The notes beneath the pieces were generated by a model. The model did no database searches, was not told the origin of the DNA, and saw nothing but the letters and a program-made list of their open reading frames with translations. Position numbers and translations under genes: made by a program. A stretch of 64,000 nucleotides of DNA, taken from NCBI GenBank assembly GCA_021647245.1, contig JAKIVC010000002.1, positions 64,184-128,183 of the forward strand, read 5' to 3'. How positions within the stretch are numbered: position 1 is the stretch's first letter; the number at the start of each line of letters is the position of its first letter. Below, piece after piece: positions 39,242-48,025 of the stretch. The DNA comes from Gammaproteobacteria bacterium (GTDB lineage Bacteria > Pseudomonadota > Gammaproteobacteria > RBG-16-57-12).

Positions 39242-40189
39242 CTACTCCGCCAGTTGCAGTATAAACATCTCGACTACAAGCAAGGTACTTAAGAAGGTGG
39301 AAAATAGACTGATGTAGAGTGTTTTGTATTGGTTGTCATACTCTTTTTCGAGGGTATTGCTGAGTTGTTTCATGAGTGAGTTGAGCTGCTTGAAGCTAAG
39401 GCCGATGGCATCACTGGCAATAGCAAAATAGTGATCAGGTTTGATCATAATTTTTTTTGCGCTCAGGAATTCCCTGTCTAGAGTGCTCAAAAACAGCGCA
39501 ATACTTTTCTGGCATTGGGTGAAATCCAACATGTTTTTATCGATTTTTTGATGCCTTAAAATGGTAATTGTCTCATCACATACCAGTGAGGCCTTTTGAT
39601 GAAGATAGCCCAACTTACTCCGGCTTTGTGTATTTAGACGGGCTTGAGTTGCGGCTCCAGTGCCAATTCCCCTTGCCTGACCCAGCACTTCGGTAACAAA
39701 GGGGAGTATGTTGATACCGATCTCCAGCAGTCCATGCAGCTGCTTGTCATCACTGTTGTCCAGCTTGCTCAGGCTGCCGGTATCACTAATTAGATTAAGT
39801 AGTTTTGAGATAATGGCGGTGTGCAGGGAGAAGCTCTCCTCAGCACTGAGTGATGAGAAGTTTTCAGTTACTTTATGCCAGCCCTTCTTAACCTCAAGAT
39901 AACCGGGTGAGCTTGAAAATTCAGGGTAATCGTTACTTATTTTCTGTAGCTGCCGGCCTATTTTTTTTTGGTGCGCATAGCACTTCTCCTTGAAAGCTGA
40001 GTTGCCTTTCAGTAGCGCATTGCTCATGCCGCGATGCTGGGGAATGCTCTCTAGTAACTGGAAAAGCTGGCGGATAACCAATAATCCTGCCTGCCGCCGA
40101 GCTGAAAAACGCCGTTGAACCACCACAGAGCGTAACCACGCCACTGAGATAAAAAATAAAATGAGAGAGACCAGAGTAAGCGTCAGCAT
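39242..40189 (-). CDS. Stand-alone TM-periplasmic sensor-TM protein. The periplasmic domain is NIT-like (nitrate/nitrite sensing) or of the PilJ type.
   Basis: N-terminal TM, then about 270 helical residues with [16 protein letters not shown] and [13 protein letters not shown], then a C-terminal TM and no output domain. Its start overlaps the MCP stop (ATGcTGA). Confidence 0.5.
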   Translation of the reverse strand: MLTLTLVSLILFFISVAWLRSVVVQRRFSARRQAGLLVIRQLFQLLESIPQHRGMSNALLKGNSAFKEKCYAHQKKIGRQLQKISNDYPEFSSSPGYLEVKKGWHKVTENFSSLSAEESFSLHTAIISKLLNLISDTGSLSKLDNSDDKQLHGLLEIGINILPFVTEVLGQARGIGTGAATQARLNTQSRSKLGYLHQKASLVCDETITILRHQKIDKNMLDFTQCQKSIALFLSTLDREFLSAKKIMIKPDHYFAIASDAIGLSFKQLNSLMKQLSNTLEKEYDNQYKTLYISLFSTFLSTLLVVEMFILQLAE

Positions 40190-41340
40190 GGTGACTTCTC
40201 TTGTGAACGGGATAACTTGACCAGATAGCCGGCTGTTTCGGATGCCTCTTGGATCACTTCGGTGGTCTGTTGAGCCATCTGATTTATTTTTTCGATATTG
40301 ATGGAGATTTCGCTACTGCTGCTATTCTGCTGGTGAATTGCCAGGCTGATATTTTCCATTGCCGCAACGGTGGATTTCGCCCCTTGTTTAATTGACTGAA
40401 GGGCGTTGTGGGTCGAATCAGAGAGCCCAACACTGTTATTGATGGCGTTGATGATCTGCTCCATACCGTTGCTGACATTCTGCACATCTTGTTGAATAGC
40501 GGATATTTGTTGATTAACTTTGGAGGCCGCCTGCTGGGAGCGTTGCGCCAACTGCCTTACTTCATCAGAAACCACAGAGAAGCCACGGCCATGTTCACCT
40601 GCACGAGCTGCTTCGATGGCTGCATTCAGTGCCAGCAGGTTAGTCTGGTTTGCTATATCATTGATGGTGTCGATGATTGAGCTGATCTCTTGCGAGCGTG
40701 ATAGCAGGCCGTTGATCTGTTCGGTTGATTGATTAATTGAATGAGAGGCCGTCTGGATTTCGGTCGCCATGGTTTTAACAATGTCATCACCTTCAGTCGC
40801 ATAGGTGTCCAACATTTTTGAGGTGCTGTCGGCTTCGTCAGCAAGCCCCGAGATGGTATCGATATTACCGCTTAACTGCTCCATCTCATTTAAAATGCTA
40901 GCCACCGAAGTCTGTTGAATGGTCATCATTTCAGTCGAGTGCCCATTCATTTTTGCTAAATCAAGTGCCGCACTGTGTAGCTCTTCGCTGGCGCTTTTAC
41001 TCTTTTCGTCCAAGCGTTCAACCGCAACCCGCTGCTGATGAAATGCGCTGAATATGGGGTTAAACTCATTCTCTTTATAGCAAGCGGTCTCCCCCTTTGT
41101 CAGGCGGCGTATAGTGTGTAGCTGATAGTGGTGATAAGCAAAAATCAGGTAGAGGGTGATGCTCAGCGTTATGATGACAAGGAGTGTCAGGTCAAATTGC
41201 AGTGCGGGTTCAAGCGTCGGGATAAGATAGAGCAGCGCAGAGGCTAAGGGCAGTACGGTAAGTGATACGATAAAAATCAGTTTTTGGCGTAGTGAGAGTC
41301 GTTCAAAAAGAGCGGTGACGGGTTTGAATAATTGATCCAT
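40183..41340 (-). CDS. Methyl-accepting chemotaxis protein lacking a periplasmic ligand-binding domain.
   Basis: Two TMs separated by about 10 residues, then the MCP signalling domain ([35 protein letters not shown]). Confidence 0.8.
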   Translation of the reverse strand: MDQLFKPVTALFERLSLRQKLIFIVSLTVLPLASALLYLIPTLEPALQFDLTLLVIITLSITLYLIFAYHHYQLHTIRRLTKGETACYKENEFNPIFSAFHQQRVAVERLDEKSKSASEELHSAALDLAKMNGHSTEMMTIQQTSVASILNEMEQLSGNIDTISGLADEADSTSKMLDTYATEGDDIVKTMATEIQTASHSINQSTEQINGLLSRSQEISSIIDTINDIANQTNLLALNAAIEAARAGEHGRGFSVVSDEVRQLAQRSQQAASKVNQQISAIQQDVQNVSNGMEQIINAINNSVGLSDSTHNALQSIKQGAKSTVAAMENISLAIHQQNSSSSEISINIEKINQMAQQTTEVIQEASETAGYLVKLSRSQEKSPC

Positions 41341-41491
41341 TCTGCTATTCCTCGTTTTCCTCGTCTATCAGGTAGCCCAGAATAACATTATGATGCGGGT
41401 TTCGAGTTACTCCGTACTACTACCTATAAGGGGTTTGGAACAAGTGAGGGTAATTCCCCTAATCCCTAGGTAGCAACACGTATGCAGGCCC

Positions 41492-41566
41492 TTGATTCCA
41501 CAGCAAAGCAAAAAATCGTCACCGAACCTACGGGTGCTACTCCTATTTTTTATTTCACTGTGAAAC
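41492..41566 (+). repeat. Composite element: TTGATTCCACAG ... CACCGAACCTACGGGTGC ... TTTCACTGTGAAAC.
   Basis: Architecture parallels 50591-50662. Confidence 0.5.
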
Positions 41567-41751
41567 CGATATCTTACATATCATTACGTATTTTTATCTG
41601 GAGTTTATGCTGAGCCTAAACCTACCCAAACTTGTTTAAAATCTCCTTAACGGATAGCGTTCTATGCTTGCAGATCTTTAACATTTTTTTCATGAATGGT
41701 CTTGGGCTGGCCGGCTGGTTTTTGGTGGTTGGCCCCCAAAAATCACTCTGG

Positions 41752-43164
41752 CTACCCCTCTACAAGTTCGCGGGCATACTCTTTTAATGTATCCAGTATG
41801 GCTTTTTCGCTGTCACCGTATTCAGGGGTGGCGCGCAGTTCATTTAGCTCAGCCAGATAGCTGGCTAGATCAAGGCGACTCAGGCGGAATGTTTGCCAGC
41901 GTGCCTGCTCCTCTTCGGTCAAGGTGTCGAGGTAGTTGCGAGCACGCATGCGAAACAGCATTTCGGGCAGGCGGCTATCATCAAAAGGTGGCTCATAGCC
42001 TACCAGCTCTTGCGGGGTCATGGTATGGATCTGTGCCATGCGGGACTTATCGTCCGGGCTAAAAAAACCGCCCCCATAGAGCATCTGGTCGGGGTCGGTT
42101 CGTTTTTCGAACTGGCTCTCCGAGAGCACCTGCTGCACTTTCTTGGCGAGTCCTTTTGCCTCTTGCAGAACGGCCAGGTTTTGGCGGCAGAGGTTAAGGT
42201 CGATGCCATACTTTTTGGCCGCCTTGCCATCGAGGGACATAAATGGGGCAATCACCGGGCATTTGTTTATATGTACCGTTTTTAGTGGGATGCGCTCAAC
42301 CCCCTCGGGTAACTCATCACTGCGAGTAAAGAGGCGCTGGTGGATCTTCTTCGCACTGAGGTTGATTAAATCAGCCGGGTCAACGCTTAGATCGTACACC
42401 ACCACGCCATTTTTGTTGGTGGGGTGCTCGGCAATCGGCACCACTATGGCCATATTTCCTTTCTCTACCGGGTACATGCCCGAAACATGAATTACCGGCT
42501 TCTGCTCACGTAAATCAAGCAGCTTGCTCAATTTGCGCTTGTTACGGTTGTTGTATACGTATTCGAACAGCTTGGGCTGTTTCTCTTTAATGAGCTTGGC
42601 CATGGCGATGGTGGCGTAGACATCAGAGAGCGCATCGTGAGCCGATTCATGTGCGATACCATTTGCTGCGGTAAGGTCTTCTAGTCGGACCGAGGGCCGG
42701 CCCTCTTCGGTGGTGGGCCACTCAATGCCTTCAGGGCGCAATGCGCGGGTCATGCGTACCACATCTAAAAGGTCCCAGCGGCTACAGCCATTTTGCCACT
42801 CCCGTGCGTAGGGGTCCATTAGGTTGCGGTAGAGCGTATAACGGGTAAACTCATCATCAAAGCGCAGGTTGTTATAACCCAGCACGCAGGTATTAGGCTC
42901 GCTAAACTGCTCATTGATCAGGCGGATAAACTCAACCTCAGGCAACCCGGCTTCAAGTGCCATGGGTGGTGTGATACCAGTGATTAAGCAGGAGCTGGGG
43001 CTGGGGAAAAAATCATTGGCAGGCTTACAATAGATCATTAATGGATCGCCAATAATATTGAGATCCTCATCGGTACGCACCCCGCCAAATTGTGCAAGGC
43101 GGTCATTCATTGGGCTGAGGCCAAAGGATTCGTAGTCGTACCAATAGAATGTTTTTTTGCTCAT
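41752..43164 (-). CDS. sbcB: Exodeoxyribonuclease I.
   Basis: MSKKTFYWYDYESFG DnaQ-like exonuclease N-terminus. 471 aa from the ATG at 43164. The ORF-track start at 43326 is an over-extension. Confidence 0.85.
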   Translation of the reverse strand: MSKKTFYWYDYESFGLSPMNDRLAQFGGVRTDEDLNIIGDPLMIYCKPANDFFPSPSSCLITGITPPMALEAGLPEVEFIRLINEQFSEPNTCVLGYNNLRFDDEFTRYTLYRNLMDPYAREWQNGCSRWDLLDVVRMTRALRPEGIEWPTTEEGRPSVRLEDLTAANGIAHESAHDALSDVYATIAMAKLIKEKQPKLFEYVYNNRNKRKLSKLLDLREQKPVIHVSGMYPVEKGNMAIVVPIAEHPTNKNGVVVYDLSVDPADLINLSAKKIHQRLFTRSDELPEGVERIPLKTVHINKCPVIAPFMSLDGKAAKKYGIDLNLCRQNLAVLQEAKGLAKKVQQVLSESQFEKRTDPDQMLYGGGFFSPDDKSRMAQIHTMTPQELVGYEPPFDDSRLPEMLFRMRARNYLDTLTEEEQARWQTFRLSRLDLASYLAELNELRATPEYGDSEKAILDTLKEYARELVEG

Positions 43165-43204
43165 GATCGTCTGCTCTTTAGAATAATTATAACGTGCTGC
43201 AAGG

Positions 43205-43684
43205 TTATCTAGACTCTCTGTTTCTGAAGCCAAGGCGCTGGCTGCTGGGGTCGGCTGGGCGGATCGCGACTTCACAGCTAATCTGACAGCAATGGGTGCC
43301 ATCTGTTCGATAAAAGCCGTAACCAAAGTGTGGGGTATGACTGCCCTTTTCGGCCAGTGCGGCTGCTATCTGTTGCCGTAGCGGTTCGGGAAAATCGAAT
43401 TGTAAAACTAGATCCTCACTGCCTGGGCGTAAAAAATCCAGCTGCAAACGCTTTGTCCACACCGTGTAATCTGGGAAGCCGTTGGCACAAGCCAGTGCCG
43501 CAATCGGATCCGCCAGGGAGGCCATGGCACCGCCAAACAGGGTGCCACCGGGATTAAGGTTTTGTGGCTCCCGCGGCAGCAAAATACGTACCCGCTGCCA
43601 CTGTTCGCTCAGTTCCAACACTTTTATATTCATCGATTTAAACGGTGGATAGCTTTCCAGGCGTTGTGCGGCGTGTTGTGACAC
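43205..43684 (-). CDS. Hotdog-fold thioesterase (PaaI/YbgC-like).
   Basis: NPGGTLFGGAMASLADPIAALAC motif. 159 aa. Confidence 0.55.
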   Translation of the reverse strand: MSQHAAQRLESYPPFKSMNIKVLELSEQWQRVRILLPREPQNLNPGGTLFGGAMASLADPIAALACANGFPDYTVWTKRLQLDFLRPGSEDLVLQFDFPEPLRQQIAAALAEKGSHTPHFGYGFYRTDGTHCCQISCEVAIRPADPSSQRLGFRNRESR

Positions 43685-43750
43685 GATGAGTTCCCGATGA
43701 CTGATGGATCAGGTTATGATAGCAGCTCCTGATAAGTCATGTAATCTACG

Positions 43751-44512
43751 ATGTCTCACACTACTGTTGCTATTATCGCTACTCATCCAGCACGTCAGCC
43801 AGAGGCGGATATGCTTGCCCATCATTTGGCGCTGCCTTGTGGCGAGTCGCCACAATTTAATTTGGAGTTTACGGGTGACCGGTTGCAGCTGTGCCTTAAT
43901 GCGGTGGCGGCTCCCGGCCCCATCTATGTCGACTTTGTGGGGGGTAAAGCGGCTCATCGCCGCCACTTTGGTGGTGGACGTAACCAGCCCATGGTGAGGG
44001 CTGTGGGGTTAAAGCCGGGTATAAACCCACACATTTTCGATGCGACGGCGGGGCTGGGGCGGGATAGCTTTGTCTTCGCCAGTCTGGGTTGCCAAGTGAC
44101 GATGGTAGAGCAAAATCCGCTCATCGCCGCACTGCTTGAAGATGGTTTACAGCGAGGTCAGGGCACCCTGCCCGAAATCTGCCAGCGGATGACGCTGGTT
44201 AATATGGATAGCGTAGAGTACCTACAGCACTGCAGTGAAACCCCTGATGTGATCTATCTTGACCCGATGTACCCGCATCGGGATAAATCGGCTTTGGTAA
44301 AAAAAGAGATGCGCCTGTTTCAGCTGCTGCTCGGGGAGCCAGTAGATAGTCGTGATCTAATGGTGGCAGCGCTAAATTGTGCCAGAAAACGCGTGGTGGT
44401 AAAGCGCCCCAAGGGGGCCGAACGGATATCAAAGCATTTACCGACCATGAGCATTAACAGTAAAAATACCCGCTATGATGTTTATGTTATTGCGGCAATG
44501 CACACAAAATAG
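43751..44512 (+). CDS. rsmJ: 16S rRNA (guanine1516-N2)-methyltransferase.
   Basis: DATAGLGRDSFVFASLGCQVTMVEQNPLIAALLEDGLQRG matches RsmJ/YhiQ. Confidence 0.8.
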   Translation: MSHTTVAIIATHPARQPEADMLAHHLALPCGESPQFNLEFTGDRLQLCLNAVAAPGPIYVDFVGGKAAHRRHFGGGRNQPMVRAVGLKPGINPHIFDATAGLGRDSFVFASLGCQVTMVEQNPLIAALLEDGLQRGQGTLPEICQRMTLVNMDSVEYLQHCSETPDVIYLDPMYPHRDKSALVKKEMRLFQLLLGEPVDSRDLMVAALNCARKRVVVKRPKGAERISKHLPTMSINSKNTRYDVYVIAAMHTK

Positions 44513-44687
44513 TGAGCGCATTCGCATAGTGCTGGACATTCGTTAAAACCCAGTGCTATGCTGAGGTTTGGCCGTTGGTGAGTTAACGGTCAACTGTATG
44601 TCCTCATTATATGCGCTGGATGCTTTTGGTGTACGGTGAAATTTAGAGTTCAAAATTAGCGTAATCAACGAAGAGAAGGATAATCCC

Positions 44688-45167
44688 ATGAAAAAGACAA
44701 TTCTGGCGGGCGTAATGGCCTTGGCAATGGCTCCAATGGCATCTCAAGCTGAAACAGGTGCAGGTTGTGGTCTGGGTTCAATGTTATTGGAAGGTCAGCA
44801 GGGGCTGGTTTTTAATGTACTGGCAGCAACTGTCAACGGTACATCGGGCAATCAAACCTTCGGTATGACTTCTGGCACCTTGGGTTGTGATGGCGAAGGT
44901 ACGGTCACTTTCGCAGCGGCGGGTGAATATCTGGATGCCAATATGGAGCAGGTTGCTCGCGGTATGGCAACGGGTGAAGGTGAAGCGATGGATACGTTGG
45001 CAAGTCTGATGGGTGTTTCAGCAGCAGATAAAGCTGCTTTTGTTCAAGTTTCTAAAGCTAATTTCTCAGTTATTTTTAGCAAAGAGAATGTAACCAGTGC
45101 TGATGTGATGTCATCACTGACTCAAGCTATGGCAGCTGATCAGTCGCTATCAAAGTATATCTCTTAA
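44688..45167 (+). CDS. Secreted DUF3015-family protein.
   Basis: Signal peptide, then a GAGCGLGSML Gly/Cys-containing mature N-terminus. 159 aa. Confidence 0.5.
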   Translation: MKKTILAGVMALAMAPMASQAETGAGCGLGSMLLEGQQGLVFNVLAATVNGTSGNQTFGMTSGTLGCDGEGTVTFAAAGEYLDANMEQVARGMATGEGEAMDTLASLMGVSAADKAAFVQVSKANFSVIFSKENVTSADVMSSLTQAMAADQSLSKYIS

Positions 45168-45260
45168 TTGAGAGCTTGCTTTGAGTGGTCGCCTTTCGGC
45201 GGCCGCTCTTCCCCTCGTTTTTTCTTTATTCCAACACCCCCTATCCAAAAAGTGTCCAAT

Positions 45261-47159
45261 GTGACAAGACTCCTGTTTACCTTGTTAATAGCGCTGTTTT
45301 CTCTCAATAGCAATGCCACAGAAAATAGCTACCTGAACCAATTAATTGCAGCGAGCCACGAGCAGCAATTGGCGCAGAATGCTGGCTGGTGGTCACTACT
45401 CCACTACCGAAAAGAAGTGCTGGGAGGCTATCCGCTAAGTGAGGCTGATGATGAGCGTTTTTTCTTCTCTGCGGAGGGTAGCCGCGATGCCGAACTTGAG
45501 TTGGCAGCGACGCTAAGTGCCTTTTTTACGCCACTGATAGGCGATTTGAGTGAACACCCTCAGTGCCGCTTTCCGGCACGTTATTATTGGCTGTCACAAC
45601 AGCTGGATATCGCTACAGAGCGGTTGCCACAGCCCCCTTGTGATGAGTTTAACCAGTGGATGGAGACCATTAATCCTGGCAGTGCCACACTGGTCTTTCC
45701 GGCCGCCTACCTCAATAGCCCCTCCTCGATGTTCGGTCATACATTGCTACGGATTGACCCCGCTGATAAGCGCAGTGAGACGCCGCTGATCTCTTATGCC
45801 CTCAATTATGCGGCCGCAATCACTGGAGAGGAAAATGGGTTTGTTTTTGCTTATAAAGGCATCTTTGGTGGCTACCCCGGTAGCTTTGCGCTGGTGCCCT
45901 ATTATGAAAAGATAAAAGAGTACAGCGATATGGAGAATCGCAATATTTGGGAGTACCAGCTTAATTTAAGTGGTGATGAGGTACGCCAGCTGATGCGCCA
46001 TACATGGGAAGTAAGTAAGATTCGCTTTGACTACTATTTTTTCGATGAAAACTGCTCCTATCGTCTGCTTACATTGCTGGATGTCGCTCGCCCGGGACTT
46101 GGTTTGGCTGAGCCGTTCTCCGCCACGGCGATCCCCGCAGATACGGTACGTGCGGTTGAGCAAAAAAATCTATTCAGTGGTATTAATTACCGCCCCTCAA
46201 CGACTACCACGCTCAACCATCGCTTGAATCTGTTGGATGAGTCGCAGCAGCGGCAACTGCTCATGTTAATTACCGATGACACGGCACACCAACAGAGTGA
46301 ATTTTTATCTTTAAATGAATCATTGCGGGCCAAGCTTTTGGAGTTAGCTTATGATCTGCAACTTTATCGCATCCGCGCAAGCGGCTTACAGCGTGATCCA
46401 CGGGCATCTCATGCTTATCAGCTGTTATCACAACGCAGCAAGCTGGCATCATCAGCAGAGTGGCCGGAAGTGCCGATTCCCGGGGTACGCGCAGAGCAGG
46501 GGCACCTCAGCTCGCGCATCGCACTCTCTCTGGGTAGCCGTGAAAAGCAGTTGTTTACAGCACTGCGCTACCGCCCCGCTTATCACGATATTCTTGACCC
46601 GGCACAGGGCTATGGTGTGGGCATGCAGATCAACTTTTCCGATCTTAATCTACGTTACTATCCAGAAGAGCAGCGCGTAGAAATTGAAGAGTGGAAAATC
46701 ATCAATATACTGTCGCTCTCACCCCGCAATGATTTTTTTCAGCCTATCTCCTGGGGTATCGATTTGGGTTTTCAGCGGCAGCGGTTTAATGGGCAGAGCG
46801 TTTTACCACTACAGGTGACGGGAGAGGCGGGTGTCAGTTACCGGCTGGGCAAGCAGTGGCTTGCCAGCACCCTGGCTCAACTACAGTTTGCTGCGCACCA
46901 CGATTTTGACGAAAAAATTAAAGCGGGAGTGGGGCCGAACTTGAAACTGCTCTATCATTCAAATCAGGTGCACAGCCTGCTTTTAGTACAAATGATGCAC
47001 TTCCCTCAAGGGGATGAATATCAAACATGGCAGCTGAACTGGCAGTTAAACCTCCCCTTGCCAAGCGAGCAACAGGGGCTACGTTTCAGTGCTAAACGTG
47101 AGTGGCAGGAGGGTAATGCCTTTAATGAGTTTGAGATTGCCTGGCAGTGGTATTTTTAA
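45261..47159 (+). CDS. DUF4105-domain (Lnb-like) exported protein.
   Basis: A GTG at 45261 gives the signal peptide TRLLFTLLIALFSLNSNA. The alternative ATG at 45168 would overlap the upstream stop and a hairpin. WWSLLHY motif. Confidence 0.5.
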   Translation: MTRLLFTLLIALFSLNSNATENSYLNQLIAASHEQQLAQNAGWWSLLHYRKEVLGGYPLSEADDERFFFSAEGSRDAELELAATLSAFFTPLIGDLSEHPQCRFPARYYWLSQQLDIATERLPQPPCDEFNQWMETINPGSATLVFPAAYLNSPSSMFGHTLLRIDPADKRSETPLISYALNYAAAITGEENGFVFAYKGIFGGYPGSFALVPYYEKIKEYSDMENRNIWEYQLNLSGDEVRQLMRHTWEVSKIRFDYYFFDENCSYRLLTLLDVARPGLGLAEPFSATAIPADTVRAVEQKNLFSGINYRPSTTTTLNHRLNLLDESQQRQLLMLITDDTAHQQSEFLSLNESLRAKLLELAYDLQLYRIRASGLQRDPRASHAYQLLSQRSKLASSAEWPEVPIPGVRAEQGHLSSRIALSLGSREKQLFTALRYRPAYHDILDPAQGYGVGMQINFSDLNLRYYPEEQRVEIEEWKIINILSLSPRNDFFQPISWGIDLGFQRQRFNGQSVLPLQVTGEAGVSYRLGKQWLASTLAQLQFAAHHDFDEKIKAGVGPNLKLLYHSNQVHSLLLVQMMHFPQGDEYQTWQLNWQLNLPLPSEQQGLRFSAKREWQEGNAFNEFEIAWQWYF

Positions 47160-48004
47160 TGCTACGCCGGCTTACACTAATAATAATTTTGCTGCTTACC
47201 CTTAGCGGCTGCACACAGCTTTTTTTCCAGCCCTCACAGGGGTACCTCATAACACCAGATCAGCTTGGTCTCAGTTATCAAGAGATCATATTCAATAGCC
47301 CTGATGGTCTTGAACTTCACGGCTGGTGGCTTCCGTCGGTAGGCGAGGCGCATGCCACGGTGCTTTTTTTGCACGGCAATGCTCAAAATATCAGCAACCA
47401 CCTTGGTAGCGTCTATTGGCTGCCTAAAGAGGGGGTCAATCTATTTATTGTGGACTATCGTGGCTATGGACAGTCGGAAGGCGTGCCTTCCCTGCCTGGG
47501 GCGATGCTGGATATCGAAGCCGCACTACAACAGGCACTCACCTTGACGGATAATACCCCGCTGGTTGTGGTCAGCCATAGTCTGGGTGCCAGTATGGCAA
47601 TTCATGCCTTGGCTGAAAGCCCAAATAAAAGCAGCCTCTCTGGTGCGATTTTCGCAGCCCCTTTTAGTGATTATCGTCAGGTGGTGCGGGAGGTTGTGGC
47701 AAAGGTGTGGTTTCTGTGGCCGTTTCAGTATCCACTCTCCTGGAGTATCAATAATGACTTTGCGCCTATTGAGAGTGTTGCTAGGCTCGCACCACTTCCT
47801 CTGCTCTTTTTACATAGCTCTGCTGATACGATTATCATACCCCGGCACAGCGAACAGTTATTTGCGGTGGCGAGAGAGCCGAAACAGCTGCAGCTGCTGA
47901 AGGGGGGGCACAATGAGCTGTTTACCCCGCAAGAGAATCGGCAACTCATACTCGACACCATCTATCGCTGGAGTAATAGAATCCTAATCACCACAAACCA
48001 TTAG
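47159..48004 (+). CDS. Alpha/beta-hydrolase lipoprotein.
   Basis: ATG overlaps the DUF4105 stop (TAATG). Lipobox LTLSGC. HGNAQN oxyanion region and the nucleophile elbow SHSLGAS. Confidence 0.7.
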   Translation: MLRRLTLIIILLLTLSGCTQLFFQPSQGYLITPDQLGLSYQEIIFNSPDGLELHGWWLPSVGEAHATVLFLHGNAQNISNHLGSVYWLPKEGVNLFIVDYRGYGQSEGVPSLPGAMLDIEAALQQALTLTDNTPLVVVSHSLGASMAIHALAESPNKSSLSGAIFAAPFSDYRQVVREVVAKVWFLWPFQYPLSWSINNDFAPIESVARLAPLPLLFLHSSADTIIIPRHSEQLFAVAREPKQLQLLKGGHNELFTPQENRQLILDTIYRWSNRILITTNH

Positions 48005-48025
48005 TTCTATGCTTCAATACCGCTT

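Noticed and set aside
45185-45245. Possible rho-independent terminator (GGTCGCC-tttc-GGCGGCC plus a T-run) after the DUF3015 gene.
   Set aside because: The stem needs a G-U pair and the T-run is 15 nt away from the stem. I kept it only as an argument for the downstream GTG start of the DUF4105 gene.
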